The notes under the pieces were generated by a model that saw only the letters and a list, made by a program, of their open reading frames with translations, did no database searches and was not told where the DNA came from. Source: Eledone cirrhosa (taxonomy: Eukaryota). Taken from it: 64,000 bases of DNA. This document shows positions 38,828 through 52,409 of the stretch, piece by piece; positions within the stretch are counted from its first letter, which is position 1, and every line of letters begins with the position of its first letter. Location: assembly GCA_964016885.1 (NCBI GenBank), contig OZ024747.1, positions 27,094,001 through 27,158,000 of the forward strand, in the 5' to 3' direction. The translations under genes and the position numbers were made by a program.

Positions 38828-38831
<4 letters not shown>
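38100..38831. mobile_element. Retrozyme-like element, copy 2 (head-to-head, ~330-bp arms)
   Basis: 38100-38431 is the inverse of 38447-38778; homologous to 15.9-16.6 kb; HHRs at 38305-38347(-) and 38531-38573(+). Confidence 0.82.
38531..38573 (+). ncRNA. Minimal type I hammerhead ribozyme
   Basis: ACGATG-CTGATGA-cAGCT-aata-AGCTt-GAAAC-ta-GTT-CATCGT. Confidence 0.8.
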
Positions 38832-38877
<46 letters not shown>

Positions 38878-38878
<1 letters not shown>

Positions 38879-38980
38879 GGATGGCCAACCAGGGAAGGCT
38901 GGCTATAGAAAGTGTAGGATCGATGGCAGAACTCCAACATGGCCTCAGTTCCTCAATGGGAACGCAGATAAGTAAAAAAA
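38878..38980 (+). mobile_element. Solo 3' end of the older CR1-like LINE family
   Basis: Matches 59714-59810 and the reverse complement of 41160-41260. Confidence 0.65.
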
Positions 38981-39189
38981 GATATATATATATATGTATT
39001 TCTTTTTAACTTAGGTAATATGTATAATTAATTTAAATTAAAAAAATCATAAACAAATCTATTTCAAATAACAACACTACAGATATTTTAAAAAAATGAA
39101 GGAAGGGCGAGGACTATGGTGATTATATATTATATTATATATATATTTATATATTATATTATATATATATATATATTTATATATTATAT

Positions 39190-40700
39190 ATCATCATCAT
39201 TTTTATGCCCGCTTTTCTTCCATGCTTGCATGGGTTGGATGGGTACTTCTCAGTATGGCATCTCTCCACTTGTCGCGTTCCTCCTGAATTTATTTTCTAG
39301 CTCTCTTTTGGTTTCAGCTATAAGGACCAAATCATCTGCATAGAGAAGCTCCCATAGGCATCCCGTTTTAAACTCCTCTGTTATGGCCTGAAGAACTATG
39401 ATGAACTACAGTGGACTAAGAACTGAACCTTGATGAACTCCTACCTGTACCTTGAATTCCTTGTTAAACTAATTTCCTACTTTCACTTTACTGACAGGCC
39501 CTCTGTACATAGCTTGCACAGCTTTCACAGGCCATTCTTCTACACCTAATTTCCTTAAGGACCACCAGATAATAGATCAAGGTACTCTGTCAAAGGCCTT
39601 CTCTAGATCAACAAAAGCTATATATAGTGGTTTATTTTTGGCTAGGAACTTCTCTTGTAGTTGCCACACTAAAAAGAGAGCATTTGTAGTACTTTTCCCA
39701 GGCATGATTCTTTCTCTAATTAGCTGTGCAATAACTCTTTCGGTCACTTTCATAACTTGGTCCATTAGTTTTATTCCTCTATAGTAACTCCTTTCTGGTG
39801 AATCACTTTTGCCCTTGTAGCAATTTATGATTGTACTGCTGCACCAGTCATTGGGTAGCACTGTCATGTTTTAGTTGATTTACTATACAGGTTACTATTT
39901 TGACTCCTACCCATCCTGATGCTTTCAGTATCTCAGCAAATATTTTTGATGGTCCTGCAGCTTTACCATTTTTCATCTTGTTGATTGCGTCTTTGACTAA
40001 GTTGGAGGTATTTTCTCTTCCTCACAATTCATTCTCTACATTCAAAAATCTCTCATAGTAACATTTCCAGTCCTCTTGCTTTTGGGCATCAGTAGTGTTA
40101 AGTGCACCAGTGTCATTTCTAACACATTTTCCCCCAACATCTCAATTTACACTAACACACTACCTTGCAATATGGAATACTTCATGTATGTGATCCTCAT
40201 GTCTCAAGACATTGTCAAATTTAATTTCCTCATCCTCTTTCCAAGCTGTGTATACCTGTCACCCTAGCTTCTTTTTTAGCTACTTGGTACTGGTCTCTGC
40301 TACTCCTATTTTTCCAGTCTTTTCATGACTGTCTCTTGACTTTAATGGCTGCCTCTACTGTGCTGTTCCACCACCAGATCCCCTTCTGTCTGGCGCTTTG
40401 CTCTAGCTGCAAATCTCGCCAGTAGTTCACAAAAGGTTATTCTCTACGTTGTATGTATCTTGTTTGTCATCTCTCTCATCAAGTGCATCCTGTAGGGCCT
40501 TTCTAAACCTATATTTAATTGAGAGGTCCTTTAGCTTCCACACCCCTCCATCTCCATGTGTCTTGTTCTGACTTCTTGTACACAGCATACATCTACTCCT
40601 TTTCTTTCTAATAGTTCCACAATTTCACCTGATCTGTCTTTCAGGGTACCAACATTGAGGGTGGCAGTCCTGAAATTTGTACCTTGATAGTTGTTGTTAC
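39190..40700 (-). mobile_element. Degenerate RTE-type LINE
   Basis: YRGIKLMDQVMKV, AFVDLEKAFDRVP, ELLYADDL; ATLNVGTL-like endonuclease start near 40660; (GAT)n tail. Confidence 0.8.
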
Positions 40701-41159
40701 TTCTTCAGTTAAAGGTTCTGTGTATCTGAAAGGGAAAGTGGTTGTGCGATTGCTTGATGACAGTTGAGGGGTTCTTGCACATGGCCGCTTTAGCCACCCC
40801 AATATCATGACTAGTGTTAGCCCTGTGTTCTCAACTAGTGGAAATAATATTGGTTGTCCTTTTCATGATTTTAGCTGGGTTTTACTGGGTGGATGCCCTT
40901 CCTATCACCATCCATTTTATAGCGTGGGCTGGGCGCATTCTTCATGCCTCCAGCACTAGAGAGGTTGTTTTACCAGTCTTAAGAATCCTCCCCACCCTGT
41001 ATCAGTTTTTATTTGGAGGGTCTACTCTCGTAGATAGGTGACCTTTACTACAGCTTTCAGAGCCCACGTCTTACCCATGCAGTCATTTTTATATCAGAGT
41101 CACTGCTTTTCTAGATGTGTTGCCTTCACTAAGGCTTATGGGGTCCATGTCTGCCCTTG

Positions 41160-41895
41160 TACAGTTGTGTTCCAGCCGAGAGACTGACACCATGCTGGGG
41201 CACCACGATTGATGTTACACTTTCTATAGTTATCCTTCACTGGTTGGCCATTGATGCAAAAGTAAGTTTGTTGCTGTTACTCTTATTTGTGCTTTGCCTC
41301 GTGCTGTGGGTTGATCCAGGATCTTAGTCAGTAGAATGTTGAGATGTCTCTTGAAAACATTTGCATGCACACCATGCAGATCACTGATTTTTTTGGCAGC
41401 TTATTAACAAACTGGAGTCCCTTGATCCCAGGCTATTGCAGTATGTGGACCTTATTCTCGATGCAACAGTTAGGACCTTTGGCACTACACAATGACGTCC
41501 TGTTCATGGGCTGGTCCAGCCTTCAATGCCAAAGTTTCGTGCTAACACTTCCAGGATCTTCCATATGTATATCACTACATATCTCTCCTGTCTCCACTTC
41601 AGAGAGTAGAGCTTTTTCAGCCTCTCCCAGAAGCTCATCTCTTTCATTGAGGCAATCCTTGTCCGATTGGTTCAAGTTCTGCAGCAAGTTTGACACTGTG
41701 GGGTGACTACAAATGAGAGCAATAGTCCAGTTGGCTGAGGATGAAAGTCCCCCAGAAGACCAATATGGTTTCTGGGTCTCTGGTGCTGAATGTCCTAAGT
41801 ATCCAACCTGCCAGTCATCTGCACATTGCCGTCATTTTGGTGATGAGTGCATGAAACGATGCAGCATTGCTCATGTCAATACGCAGGTTCCATAT
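41160..41895 (-). mobile_element. Degenerate CR1-like LINE 3' fragment
   Basis: Reverse complement aligns by eye with 59100-59800. Confidence 0.7.
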
Positions 41896-41944
41896 TGTTT
41901 TTATATATATTATATATGTATATTATATATATATATATATATAT

Positions 41945-42260
41945 ATAAAGAAGATTGGAAAGAAATGAAACAAGCTTGCTCCAATGAATGTGTAATCGTA
42001 GTGTACATGAATGACAAAGTATTAATAAGCCAAGAGGAAAATTGAAAATGAGTGGGATCAAATGCAGTGTGCAAAAGAGGAAACTGTGTTGGGTTGGTCA
42101 TGTAATGCACATGGGGGATGATAGCTGCATAAAGAAATGTAGAGTGCTCAAAATCAAAGGAACCTTTGGAAGGATAAGACCTAGGAAAATGTGGGATGAT
42201 GTGGTGAAAGCTGACTTCATGCAACTTAACCTCACATTTGAAATGACCCATGAGTGAGAA
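41945..42260 (+). mobile_element. Degenerate RTE 3' fragment
   Basis: GIKCSVQKRKLCWVGHVMHM..RPRKMWDDVVK. Confidence 0.75.
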
Positions 42261-43060
42261 AACTGGTGATATTCTTTTAGGCAGGGGACTCACCTTCCAA
42301 TGCAAGTGAGATGAAATAATCACAAGGAGGATGGTCCTACCAGTATGCTCCCCACATACCTCCCTCCACCCTGACCTTGAATAAACGAAGAGGTGGTACA
42401 ACACACAGGTTTTTTTCCCTCACCCCAAGCGCTGCCAATGTACTCATGATTCCCTTTCCTCACCCAAAACCTAAATAATCAGAGAGATGGAACAACTCTC
42501 AGGCCTTTGCCTGCCAGTATACTCCTGAATTCCTTATTCAACCCATACTGGCATAAAAAGGTCGGAGGAAATTTGATTGATTCATCTTCACTGCCAAAAC
42601 CTGCCCTGAACACTTTCCCTGTCCAACCTAAGCCACTACAGAAAGCCCAGCACACTTTACAATGACCAATAACACCCCTTTGCTCCAACCCAAACCAGCA
42701 CGCAAAGCCTGGCAGACTCCAACCACTTGCCCCAAAGGCACCTCCGTGATCCAGCCCCCCCCCCCCCCAGTAGCATACACATTTAGCCCATCAAAGGAAG
42801 CCAAACACACTCCACAATATGTCAGACATCTTGCTTCATGGTCACCCCCATGGCCTGGAACTTGTGCCCCCCCTCTCTTTGTCAGAGGGCAATATCTGTA
42901 TACCCCCTCAGCTCCAACCCCACCAATGCCTCCCCAGCTAGACCAAGGACACTAAGCACCCTAGTGTTGTAATGAGGTATTGCTGATGCCATGATAAAAT
43001 ACACCCAGCTCACACTGCATAATGACAGTGCCAGTATCATGAACTGCATCCAGTCTACCC

Positions 43061-44188
43061 TGTAAGGTGGTAGTGTTGGTGCCATGACAAAACCAACCAG
43101 TCCATCCTGTAAGGTGGTAGTGATGGTGCCATGACAAAACCAACCAGTCCATCCTGTAAGGTGGTAGTGATGGTGCCATGACAAAACCAACCAGTCCATC
43201 CTGTAACGTGGTAGTGTTGGTGCCATGACAAAACCAACCAGTCCATCCTGTAAGGTGGTAGTGATGGTGCCATGACAAAACCAACCAGTCCATTCTGTAA
43301 GGTGGTAGTGATGGTGCCATGACAAAACCAACCAGTCCATTCTGTAAGGTGGTAGTGTTGGTGCCATGACAAAACCAACCAGTCCATCCTGTAAGGTGGT
43401 AGTGATGGTGCCATGACAAAACCAACCAGTCCATTCTGTAAGGTGGTAGTGTTGGTGCCATGACAAAACCAACCAGTCCATCCTGTAAGGTGGTAGTGAT
43501 GGTGCCATGACAAAACCAACCAGTCCATCCTGTAAGGTGGTAGTGATGGTGCCATGACAAAACCAACCAGTCCATCCTGTAAGGTGGTAGTGATGGTGCC
43601 ATGACAAAACCAACCAGTCCATCCTGTAAGGTGGTAGTGATGGTGCCATGACAAAACCAACCAGTCCATCCTGTAAGGTGGTAGTGATGGTGCCATGACA
43701 AAACCAACCAGTCCATCCTGTAAGGTGGTAGTGATGGTGCCATGACAAAACCAACCAGTCCATCCTGTAAGGTGGTAGTGATGGTGCCATGACAAAACCA
43801 ACCAGTCCATCCTGTAAGGTGGTAGTGATGGTGCCATGACAAAACCAACCAGTCCATCCTGTAAGGTGGTAGTGATGGTGCCATGACAAAACCAACCAGT
43901 CCATCCTGTAAGGTGGTAGTGATGGTGCCATGACAAAACCAACCAGTCCATCCTGTAAGGTGGTAGTGATGGTGCCATGACAAAACCAACCAGTCCATCC
44001 TGTAAGGTGGTAGTGTTGGTGCCATGACAAAACCAACCAGTCCATCCTGTAAGGTGGTAGTGATGGTGCCATGACAAAACCAACCAGTCCATCCTGTAAG
44101 GTGGTAGTGATGGTGCCATGACAAAACCATACAGTCCTCTCTGTAAGGTGGTAGTGCTGCTACCATGACAAAAAGCAAGCAGTCTAAA
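43061..44188. repeat. 47-bp tandem repeat, ~24 copies
   Basis: Unit TGTAAGGTGGTAGTGATGGTGCCATGACAAAACCAACCAGTCCATCC; starts at 43061 and 44142 are exactly 23 x 47 bp apart. Confidence 0.97.
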
Positions 44189-44586
44189 CTGTTAAGTAGT
44201 CACGACAGTCACAACAAAATACTCCCAGTACTTAGAGTGGTTGGTATTAGGAAGGGCATTGATCCATAAAACTCATACTCCCAGTACACACTGTAAAATG
44301 GTTGGAAGTAGGAGGGGTATCCAGCTGTTCAAACCATATTACCAGTATACGGTATAAAGTGGTTGGCATTAGGAAAGGCAACCAGCCATAGAAATCAGGC
44401 CCAAATGAACTGTATGAGTAAGACCTAGTATCTGACATTAAATGGCGTGATGATGATGATGATGATGATGATGATATATGTATGTATGTGGTGTATGTAT
44501 GTAAGTACATATATCTATGTAAATGTATATGTGTGTGTGTATGTGTGTATATATATATATATATAAGTATATATATATATATATAA

Positions 44587-44665
<79 letters not shown>

Positions 44666-44842
44666 TATATAGATGAGTAAATATAAATAGGTTTACAAAG
44701 CTAATCGAAGAGAATTGGTCAGCCTCAGCCGTTTCTTTAATCACTCAATGATATAATCAGGTTTGTATTATTAGAAATACAAACTCATTATTACTCAGAG
44801 TGCACACATACCTGTGTAGATATATAAATATATGTATATATA

Positions 44843-46176
44843 CAGGGTGTGTCAATTTTGAAGGATATTTGCATGAATTTAGAAAAAGTGACATAGCATA
44901 TCAAAGAAATGAGATATTTAGATACAAATGGGTACAAATATTATATCTATTCTATGAATCCTCTGTTAGCTTCAATGACTGCTTCAATACAGGTTTGAAG
45001 CATTGGCATGCCTGAATCAGATGACCACTATCAATTCTGGACATTTTACTGGTAATGGCAGACTTGAGAGATTCTATAGTTGTGAGGGTAATGATTGATC
45101 TCTCTTTCAACTATGCCCCATATATAATAGTCCAGGAGATTGTGGTCTGGTGAGCTAGGAAGCCATGTATCTGGCAGAACATGGTTATGGAGATTGTTAT
45201 TCATCCATACTTGTGTCGTTCTGGCCTTATGAGAAGCTGCGTAAACTTATTGGAAGACAAACTGTTGCTTACCCTGTCTATCCAGAGCTTCGCAACTGTC
45301 TCCAACACCTCTTTGTAGACAGCAGCATTGACTCTTAAGCTCTGAGAAAAAATTGAGGATGCATGACATCCCTCTTGTTGTTGTCAACACCCAGAACCAT
45401 CAGAGTCACTGGAAATTTGGTGTGCATGACCGTTAGAACCTCATTTGGGTCTCTGCATAGCCATTTATTGCTCCTTTAGTTTAATTTTTGGTCCTGATCA
45501 AAGTTTTTCTCATAAAAAAAGAACCAAAGCATTCCAGCATCTTGATGTTTTATTTTATTCAGTAAGCACTTTTCAGGGACCAAACAATTTTCTTTTGTCA
45601 TATCCGATGAAAACTGGCCCCTCTGCATCACATACAACTTGAATTGGATGTCTTAATGGATAACTCTTCTGATGGTACATTTTGAAAATTTGAGGTCATT
45701 TGCGATGGTTCTGATTGACTTTCCTGGGGTTTTATTGATTATTTAAAAAACTTTTTTTTTTACAAACTTAGACATTCTGATTGTATTAGGACCTTGTGCA
45801 TGCATTTTGTGTTTGGCTGCTGATGTTGGATCCCTGTCAGCAGCTTCCAGATCCTTTCTAACTTTGATGACGAAGGATTGGGCAACTGTGGAAGGAAGCT
45901 ATGGCTGTATCACTATGGTGTGCTTTAAAGGCAATGATTACAGCATGCCTTTTAATTTGCTAAGTCAATTTAATTGTTTCTACTTTTGGCACAAGACCAG
46001 CAATTATCCCAGTGCATTACTGGTACTTTATTTTATCGACTCCGTAAGGATGAAAGGCAAAGTTAACCTCGGCGGGATTTGAACTCAAGTCAATTTAATA
46101 TCTGGCATTATGTATCAGGAAATTTTTTTTTTAAATTAGTAATAGCTCAAGAAAGGTGTCTTCAAAAAACTGACAC

Positions 46177-46182
<6 letters not shown>
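44843..46182 (-). mobile_element. Tc1/mariner DNA transposon relic
   Basis: TIRs CAGGGTGTGTCAATTTTGAAG and CTTCAAAAAACTGACACACCCT, TA flanks; minus-strand WLPSSPDHNLLDYYIWG resembles WPPxSPDLNPLD. Confidence 0.85.
45975..46090 (-). mobile_element. SINE fragment nested in the mariner relic
   Basis: CTGGTACTT..GGATGAAAGGCAAAGTTAACCTCGGCGGGATTTGAACTC; related copy at ~58110-58310; GAGTTCAAATCC B-box-like motif on minus strand. Confidence 0.6.
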
Positions 46183-46219
<37 letters not shown>

Positions 46220-46447
46220 CGTGTGCTATATATTTATATATATATATGTGTGTGTGTGTATGAATAGTGCAATTAATTATGGGGAGTCAAACTAGATGAA
46301 ATGCAGTTCAGTTTTTTGCCAGAGAGGCATACTACAGATGCCCTTTTCTTAGTGAGACAACTACAAAAATGGCTGGAACTTTTTGTCCAACCCAATATAT
46401 ATATATATGTATATCATCATCATCTTCGTTTGACGTCCATTTTCCAC

Positions 46448-46477
<30 letters not shown>

Positions 46478-46478
<1 letters not shown>

Positions 46479-46997
46479 AATGTAAGTATGCATATGTACA
46501 TATATGTATACAGACGTACAGTAGTATGTATATACATACATACTTGCACACACATATATATATATGTATGTATGGGTTTACCGAACATTTATTATAATGT
46601 TCGGTTTGTTTATAAACAAACAGCCCGAATTATTAGCCGTACAGTGTTCGGCAACCATCTCTGCCCTATTTGTTCAACACTGACAAAGGAACAATGAACT
46701 AGTTTCTAGCTTATTAGCTGTCATCAGCATTGTATACCTTCCTGTCAGTTGATTGAACGTTTGAAAGTATATACTTTCCTTATGCATATTAACGGCTGAG
46801 CAGCCTAATTTGCATATCGAGTGAGTTAGTCGGCTGGGCATACAGAAAACGATAAATGGAAAAATGCAATTTCATTTCTCACTCTTAGTACGGCTGATAC
46901 TTAAATATAAGCATGTACACGTACGTACATATATGTATACATACTTACATTTAAGTATCAGCCGTACTAAGAGTGAGAAATGAAATTCCCTTTTTCC

Positions 46998-47001
<4 letters not shown>
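46478..47001 (-). mobile_element. Retrozyme-like element, copy 3
   Basis: Homologous to the 38.1 kb and 15.9 kb elements; inverted repeat ~46853-46906 vs 46949-47001; TA flanks. Confidence 0.82.
46691..46733 (-). ncRNA. Minimal type I hammerhead ribozyme
   Basis: ACAATG-CTGATGA-cAGCT-aata-AGCTa-GAAAC-ta-GTT-CATTGT; compensatory stem I change relative to 38531. Confidence 0.8.
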
Positions 47002-47045
<44 letters not shown>

Positions 47046-47202
47046 TCTTTCTGTTTTCCTTCGGTTGTAACGTTTTTCGAAATATTTACTTCTGCGTCCA
47101 CAGATTGATTTTTTTTTTTTTTTTTTTAGTTTCAGAAGATCCCGTTAAGGATGAAAGCAGCGATTCTTTGCTTAAACTTTAATCTGTTATTTTAATAAAT
47201 AT

Positions 47203-47264
<62 letters not shown>

Positions 47265-47329
47265 ATGATAGTATGATTTTCACTTGGGCGTAGCACAACT
47301 GACCAAATATTATAACTGTGGCAGGTCTT

Positions 47330-48140
47330 TTGAGAAACCTTTAAGAGTCTTGCCAAGAAGTGTATCCTTTTTTATAGACCTCAAAAAGGCATATGACTGC
47401 ATTCCATGGGACCTATTATGGAAGGTACTGCATGAGTATCGGATCAATGGACAGCTTCTTGTCGCCCAGATGTCTTTATATGAATTCCCTGACAGGTTCA
47501 ACCTGGTTGGAAATGGTATCAAGACTGGCAGGTGTAGAATCAATCGATTGGAATAGACAACATAGAATTACTTAACTTGTCAGAAGGTGATCTTCGACAT
47601 ACTCTTGATAAGTTTGCTGCCAAGTTCTACATGGTACAAATGAAAATCAGTGCTGCAAAGACACTCATCCTCTCAAGGGAGCCTGTGCAGTGCACTCTAC
47701 TTGTGAATTGAGTTTCACTGAAGCAATTGCATAAGTTCAAATATCTTGGTGATGAACGGTAGGAGGCTGAATTAAATGCAATAATGTGATAACTTCAGCA
47801 TTTAGTCATTAGAAGAAGAGAGGTGGTATAAAAACCAAACTCACTATCTTGAATTTGGTATTTGTGCCAACCCTTACCTATGGTCATAAATCTTAGGTAA
47901 TGACCAAAAAAATACAAGCAGCCAGAAGAGTCTTTGGAGTAACATTACTTGATAGAGTGCCTAGCGCAGATATCAGTCTTTCTGTGTAAAACTGCTACTT
48001 CACCAAATTGAGAGATCACAGCTCCAATACTACAGACATGTGGTCAGAATGTCTCAGGAAAGAATCACTGGACAGATTTTATGAGCAAAACCCACTGGCA
48101 TGAGACCCAAGGGTAGACCTCTGACAGGAGATGACACAAG
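47330..48140 (+). mobile_element. Degenerate RTE-type LINE fragment
   Basis: FIDLKKAYDCIP..LWKVL, KFKYLG and PTLTYG remnants with stops. Confidence 0.7.
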
Positions 48141-49029
48141 ATTGAGATCTTTGGTGTTATGCTGTGCTGCAGAAGACCTGTCTTCCATGTGCACAGGATG
48201 AAAGAAACATGTAGAGGACACGAGTCTGCATGAATCTTCTCCTTACTCCTCCCCAATTCACCCTTCCTAATCTTAATACCCACCTCCCACCAGCTAGATG
48301 TCCCACTCACCTCATCTATATTCAACTTGCATACTAATTCCCCCCCCCCCCAACTCTCATCTACCTCACCCATGATACACCTCTTGTGTCCAAGCCATGC
48401 ATACATGCATAGAAAGCTGGACATGCTCTACATTTGCTCCCTCATGATGCTACTGCCTGATAAAAAATCATAAAGTTCACCCTGTATAGTGGTTGTGTTG
48501 GTGACAATAAAAAAAAGCACCCAGTCCAACCTGTTAGGTGGTTGGGATGGTGACTTGAGAAAATAGCAACCAGTTCACTCTGTAAGGTCGTCGTGTTGGT
48601 GACATGAGAAGAAAACACTCAGTCCACCCTGTAAAGTGGTGGTGCCAGTGACATGACAAAAACAAACACCTAGTCCGACTATAAGGAGGTCTTTTGTGTA
48701 CCACAATAAAAAGCACCAGGCCATAGTAATGTAATTGTCATTAGGAAGGACAGCCAACCATAGAAACGAAGCCAAAATACACATCTGTATGTGCAAGATG
48801 TGTTCACTTGGCCTGACTTGTTTCATAACAACTCGTTTAACCCATGCAAATATGTTAAACGATGATGATGATGTATGAAAAACACACACACACATATATA
48901 TATATATATATCTGTTAGTCTGCTTGCTATCCCACTACACATGTTGTGTACCCAACATTGTGTATATTGTATAGTGCTAGTACTTACTCCTGTCCTACTT
49001 TTCAGGGTCTCTTCTTAAATATATATATC

Positions 49030-49074
<45 letters not shown>

Positions 49075-49265
49075 ATATATATATATATTCCTCACTTTTT
49101 GTTGCTTCACCATCTTTGTTTGTTTACACTCTCGTGTCCCCTTTATTTACGTGTCCCAACGACTTTTTTTAGCCGTTGCTTGCACCAACCGGAGGTATAT
49201 GGTCTTTAAAGCGATGAAATACCAATGATGGTTGGAAGATCACTGATGAAGGACTAACTTTATTC

Positions 49266-49298
<33 letters not shown>

Positions 49299-49659
49299 TA
49301 ATTTTTATGTCCGCTTTACCATGCTTGCATGGACTAGTATAATGTAACTTGACAGTTAGGTCCTTGGGTAGCAGTTCTTTGTACCTGGAAGAGAAAAAGG
49401 CTGTGTGATTATTTGATAGTGGTTGAAGGGTTCTTACACACTGCTACTCTGGCCACCTTACTACCTTGCACTGCATTAACATGATTAGTGTTAAACCTTG
49501 TGCTTTTCATAATTTTTGGCAGGTTTCTTTTGGTTGGATGCCCTTCTTATCACTAACCACTTTACATGTGGATTTGGTGCATTTTTTTGTGCCACCAGCA
49601 CTAGAGAGGTTGTCTTACTGGACTTGACCTTATGTAAGTTTTTATTCAGCGTCTACTCT

Positions 49660-49900
49660 CCTAGACAGGTTATATGCCCTGTGCAGTCGTTTTTGTTTGG
49701 AGTCACTGCCCCCCCCCCCCCCCCCGGACAGATTGCCTTCACTATGGCTTGCGGGGTTCACATCTGCCCTGTGCAGTAATTTTTGTTCAGAATCACTGCC
49801 CTCCTAGACATGTTGCCTTCACTATGGCTTGCGTGGTTCACGTCTGCTCCGTGCAGTCGTTTTTATTCTGAATCACTACTCTCCTAGATGGATTGTCTTC
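49660..49900. repeat. ~75-90-bp degenerate tandem repeat, ~3 copies
   Basis: TGCCCTGTGCAGT..TTTTG..TCACTGCC..TTGCCTTCACTATGGCTTGCG recurs; related sequence at 41.0-41.15 kb. Confidence 0.7.
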
Positions 49901-50959
49901 ACAAGCGCCCAACAACCTCCCCAGTGTTGGTAACAGGATAAACACACTCAATACACTCTGTAAAATGGTTGGTAATAGGAAGGGCATTCAGCCATAGAAG
50001 ACTCAGCAAGCGAAGGATAGATAGAGCTTTATAGTTGTGTGAAAGATATGGCAACCTACCTTGTGCTGGTGTCAAGTTAAAATGCACTCGATGCAATCCG
50101 CGGATTGCAAGAAAGTATGCAAGTAAGATGCAGTCCCCTAGTCCCCCCCCCCCAATCCACCTGAGATATTAGTAGCTCCAATTAAGTATTGACTTGGTCC
50201 GTGAAAACCTGTCCAACCCTTACTAGCGGGGAAAATCGGTGTTAAATGATAACTATATATATATGTATGGGTTAATGTGTGTGTGTGTAAGCTAACAAAG
50301 TGGCCACTGCTACAATCCTCCCCTACCCCCTTGCCATCCTAATTTTTATGGCTTTGCAGTGGATGTTTTCTTCACGCTTTCTACTTTCAAATTCTTCCAT
50401 TTCTTTATTGTTTCCACTATCTGTCTGTCATCAACATTGGCAGCTATTCTTCTGCGATTCTATGGGGTACATATATCTAGTCCCTACCATTTTTTCCTCT
50501 TTTTACATTCACTCACTCGCGCGCGTAGTTGAGTTCTCTACCTCTGTGTATATACAAACATACAAGAATACTTACACACACGTACATATTTACCTACATT
50601 CATACATACGTACACACACACTCAAATTTGTATAGACATATAGATACATAACGATAAAATGGAGAGAGAGAGAGATGGATAGGGGTGATCTCTCAGTTAA
50701 TCTGTTGCTTGACTCTGTTCTTTTTCCCAGGCAACGTTGTTTCACTTCACATACACCATTGAAAGAGACAGTGACAGAGTGAGAAAGCATGGTTGTCACT
50801 GTTATTTTTTTGTTCTTCTAAAATAACCTCTACCAACGTTTATATGTCTGTCTCTTACGAATGAGATAGTTCGCTACTTCCGCTTTCTCTTATCTTGTCA
50901 TTGTCGTTTCTTATTGATGTTGTGTCCATCGTGCCTCTACCATTTGTACGATCAATTAA

Positions 50960-51410
50960 ATACACTACTACTAGTATTAATAGTAGCAGTGGTGGTGATT
51001 GTATTTGTAGTATTAATAGTATTAATATCAGTTGTAGTTGTGGTGGTGGTAGTAGTAGTGGTGGTAATAGTTGTGGCATTGGTGCTAGTTGTGTGGTGGT
51101 ATTAGTAGTATTAATAGTATTAGTATCAGTTGTTGTGGTCGTGGTAGTACTAGTAGTGATCATAGTGGGAGTCGTGTTGTTGTTGGTAGTGATGGTAGTT
51201 TTAATAGATTTGCTAGTGTTGATGATGGTGATTGTGACAGTGGTGATCGTGGTAGTATTTATAGTATTGGTGGTGGTTATGGTTGTAGTATTAATAATAT
51301 TAGTGGTGGGGATGATGGTGATAGTGGTGGTAGTTATCGTGATAGTATTAATAATATTGGTGGTAGTATTAATAGCATTGGTGGTGGTGTTATTATTAGT
51401 AGTGATGGTC
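50960..51410. repeat. Low-complexity GTA/GTG/TAG trinucleotide tract
   Basis: Directly visible; gives spurious Val-rich ORFs. Confidence 0.9.
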
Positions 51411-52351
51411 TCATCAGAAAATCCAACGTCACTTTATTTAATGACTTATAGTTTCACTGGAGTATGGCAAATATATTATAGGGTGTTTGTGTGTCTCTCA
51501 TTCTTTCTTTCTCTCTCTCATTCTGCCCCTGTCTCTCTCTCGTTATCACTGTTTCTTTTTTTCTTTCTCTTTCCTTCTCTCTATCCGTTTATCATCATCA
51601 TCATTATTTTTAATAAACCATTAATGACAATCTTCCGTTTGTTCATACCGTCCATTAATCCCACAAATAAATACAACACCACTGTACCACAATTCCACTA
51701 TATTGTCTAACTGCTTACCATTAACACACCTTTTTAAAGGTGCCATTTATATTTTCATTAAAGCTTATATTCTAATTATCTTCTTTACGACGATATCACT
51801 CTTCAGCCCAGCAGTAGAACCATTATTAATAATATTATGTTCATTATAGATAAAACGAAACTGTTTATATATCTAAATATTTATTCCATCAACACAGCAT
51901 TTTCAAATGTCGAATATTGGTCGAAATTATATAGTGGAAATATTTGAACGGATTAATGTTAATTTTCCGAATCAATATATTCCGGACTTGCAGGCTCTTT
52001 TCTGTAAGTGTGTGTGTGATACCATTTTTACATAATAGCTACATGTAGGAACTAGTATCTCCGGAAAACTACTACATCTCAAGATATCGTTTCGAGTCAA
52101 CAATGTATATAATGTAATATTATTTGCGAGATATTTCATTTTCATGGTGTCACACACTATGGTAGATACTTCGAGATAGACAGACAGATAGATAGATAGA
52201 GAGATAATTGGTAGACGGAGACTAGAATTTCTGCTGGTTTCAGTATAGTTTGTGTTTGTCTCTGTTGACCAAGTTCTAGGCCACAAGTGTTGTGTTCCGA
52301 GCACCTCACCTGATGCTGACTGAAAGCCCAACCCCCCTCTCTCTCTATGTA

Positions 52352-52409
<58 letters not shown>

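Noticed and set aside
43061-44188. CRISPR array or repetitive protein ORFs (42882-44178)
   Set aside because: Head-to-tail 47-bp units with no unique spacers and no cas genes; all three minus frames are open only because of the repeat.
50855-51710. Val-rich membrane protein or mucin-like ORFs
   Set aside because: Low-complexity trinucleotide tract.
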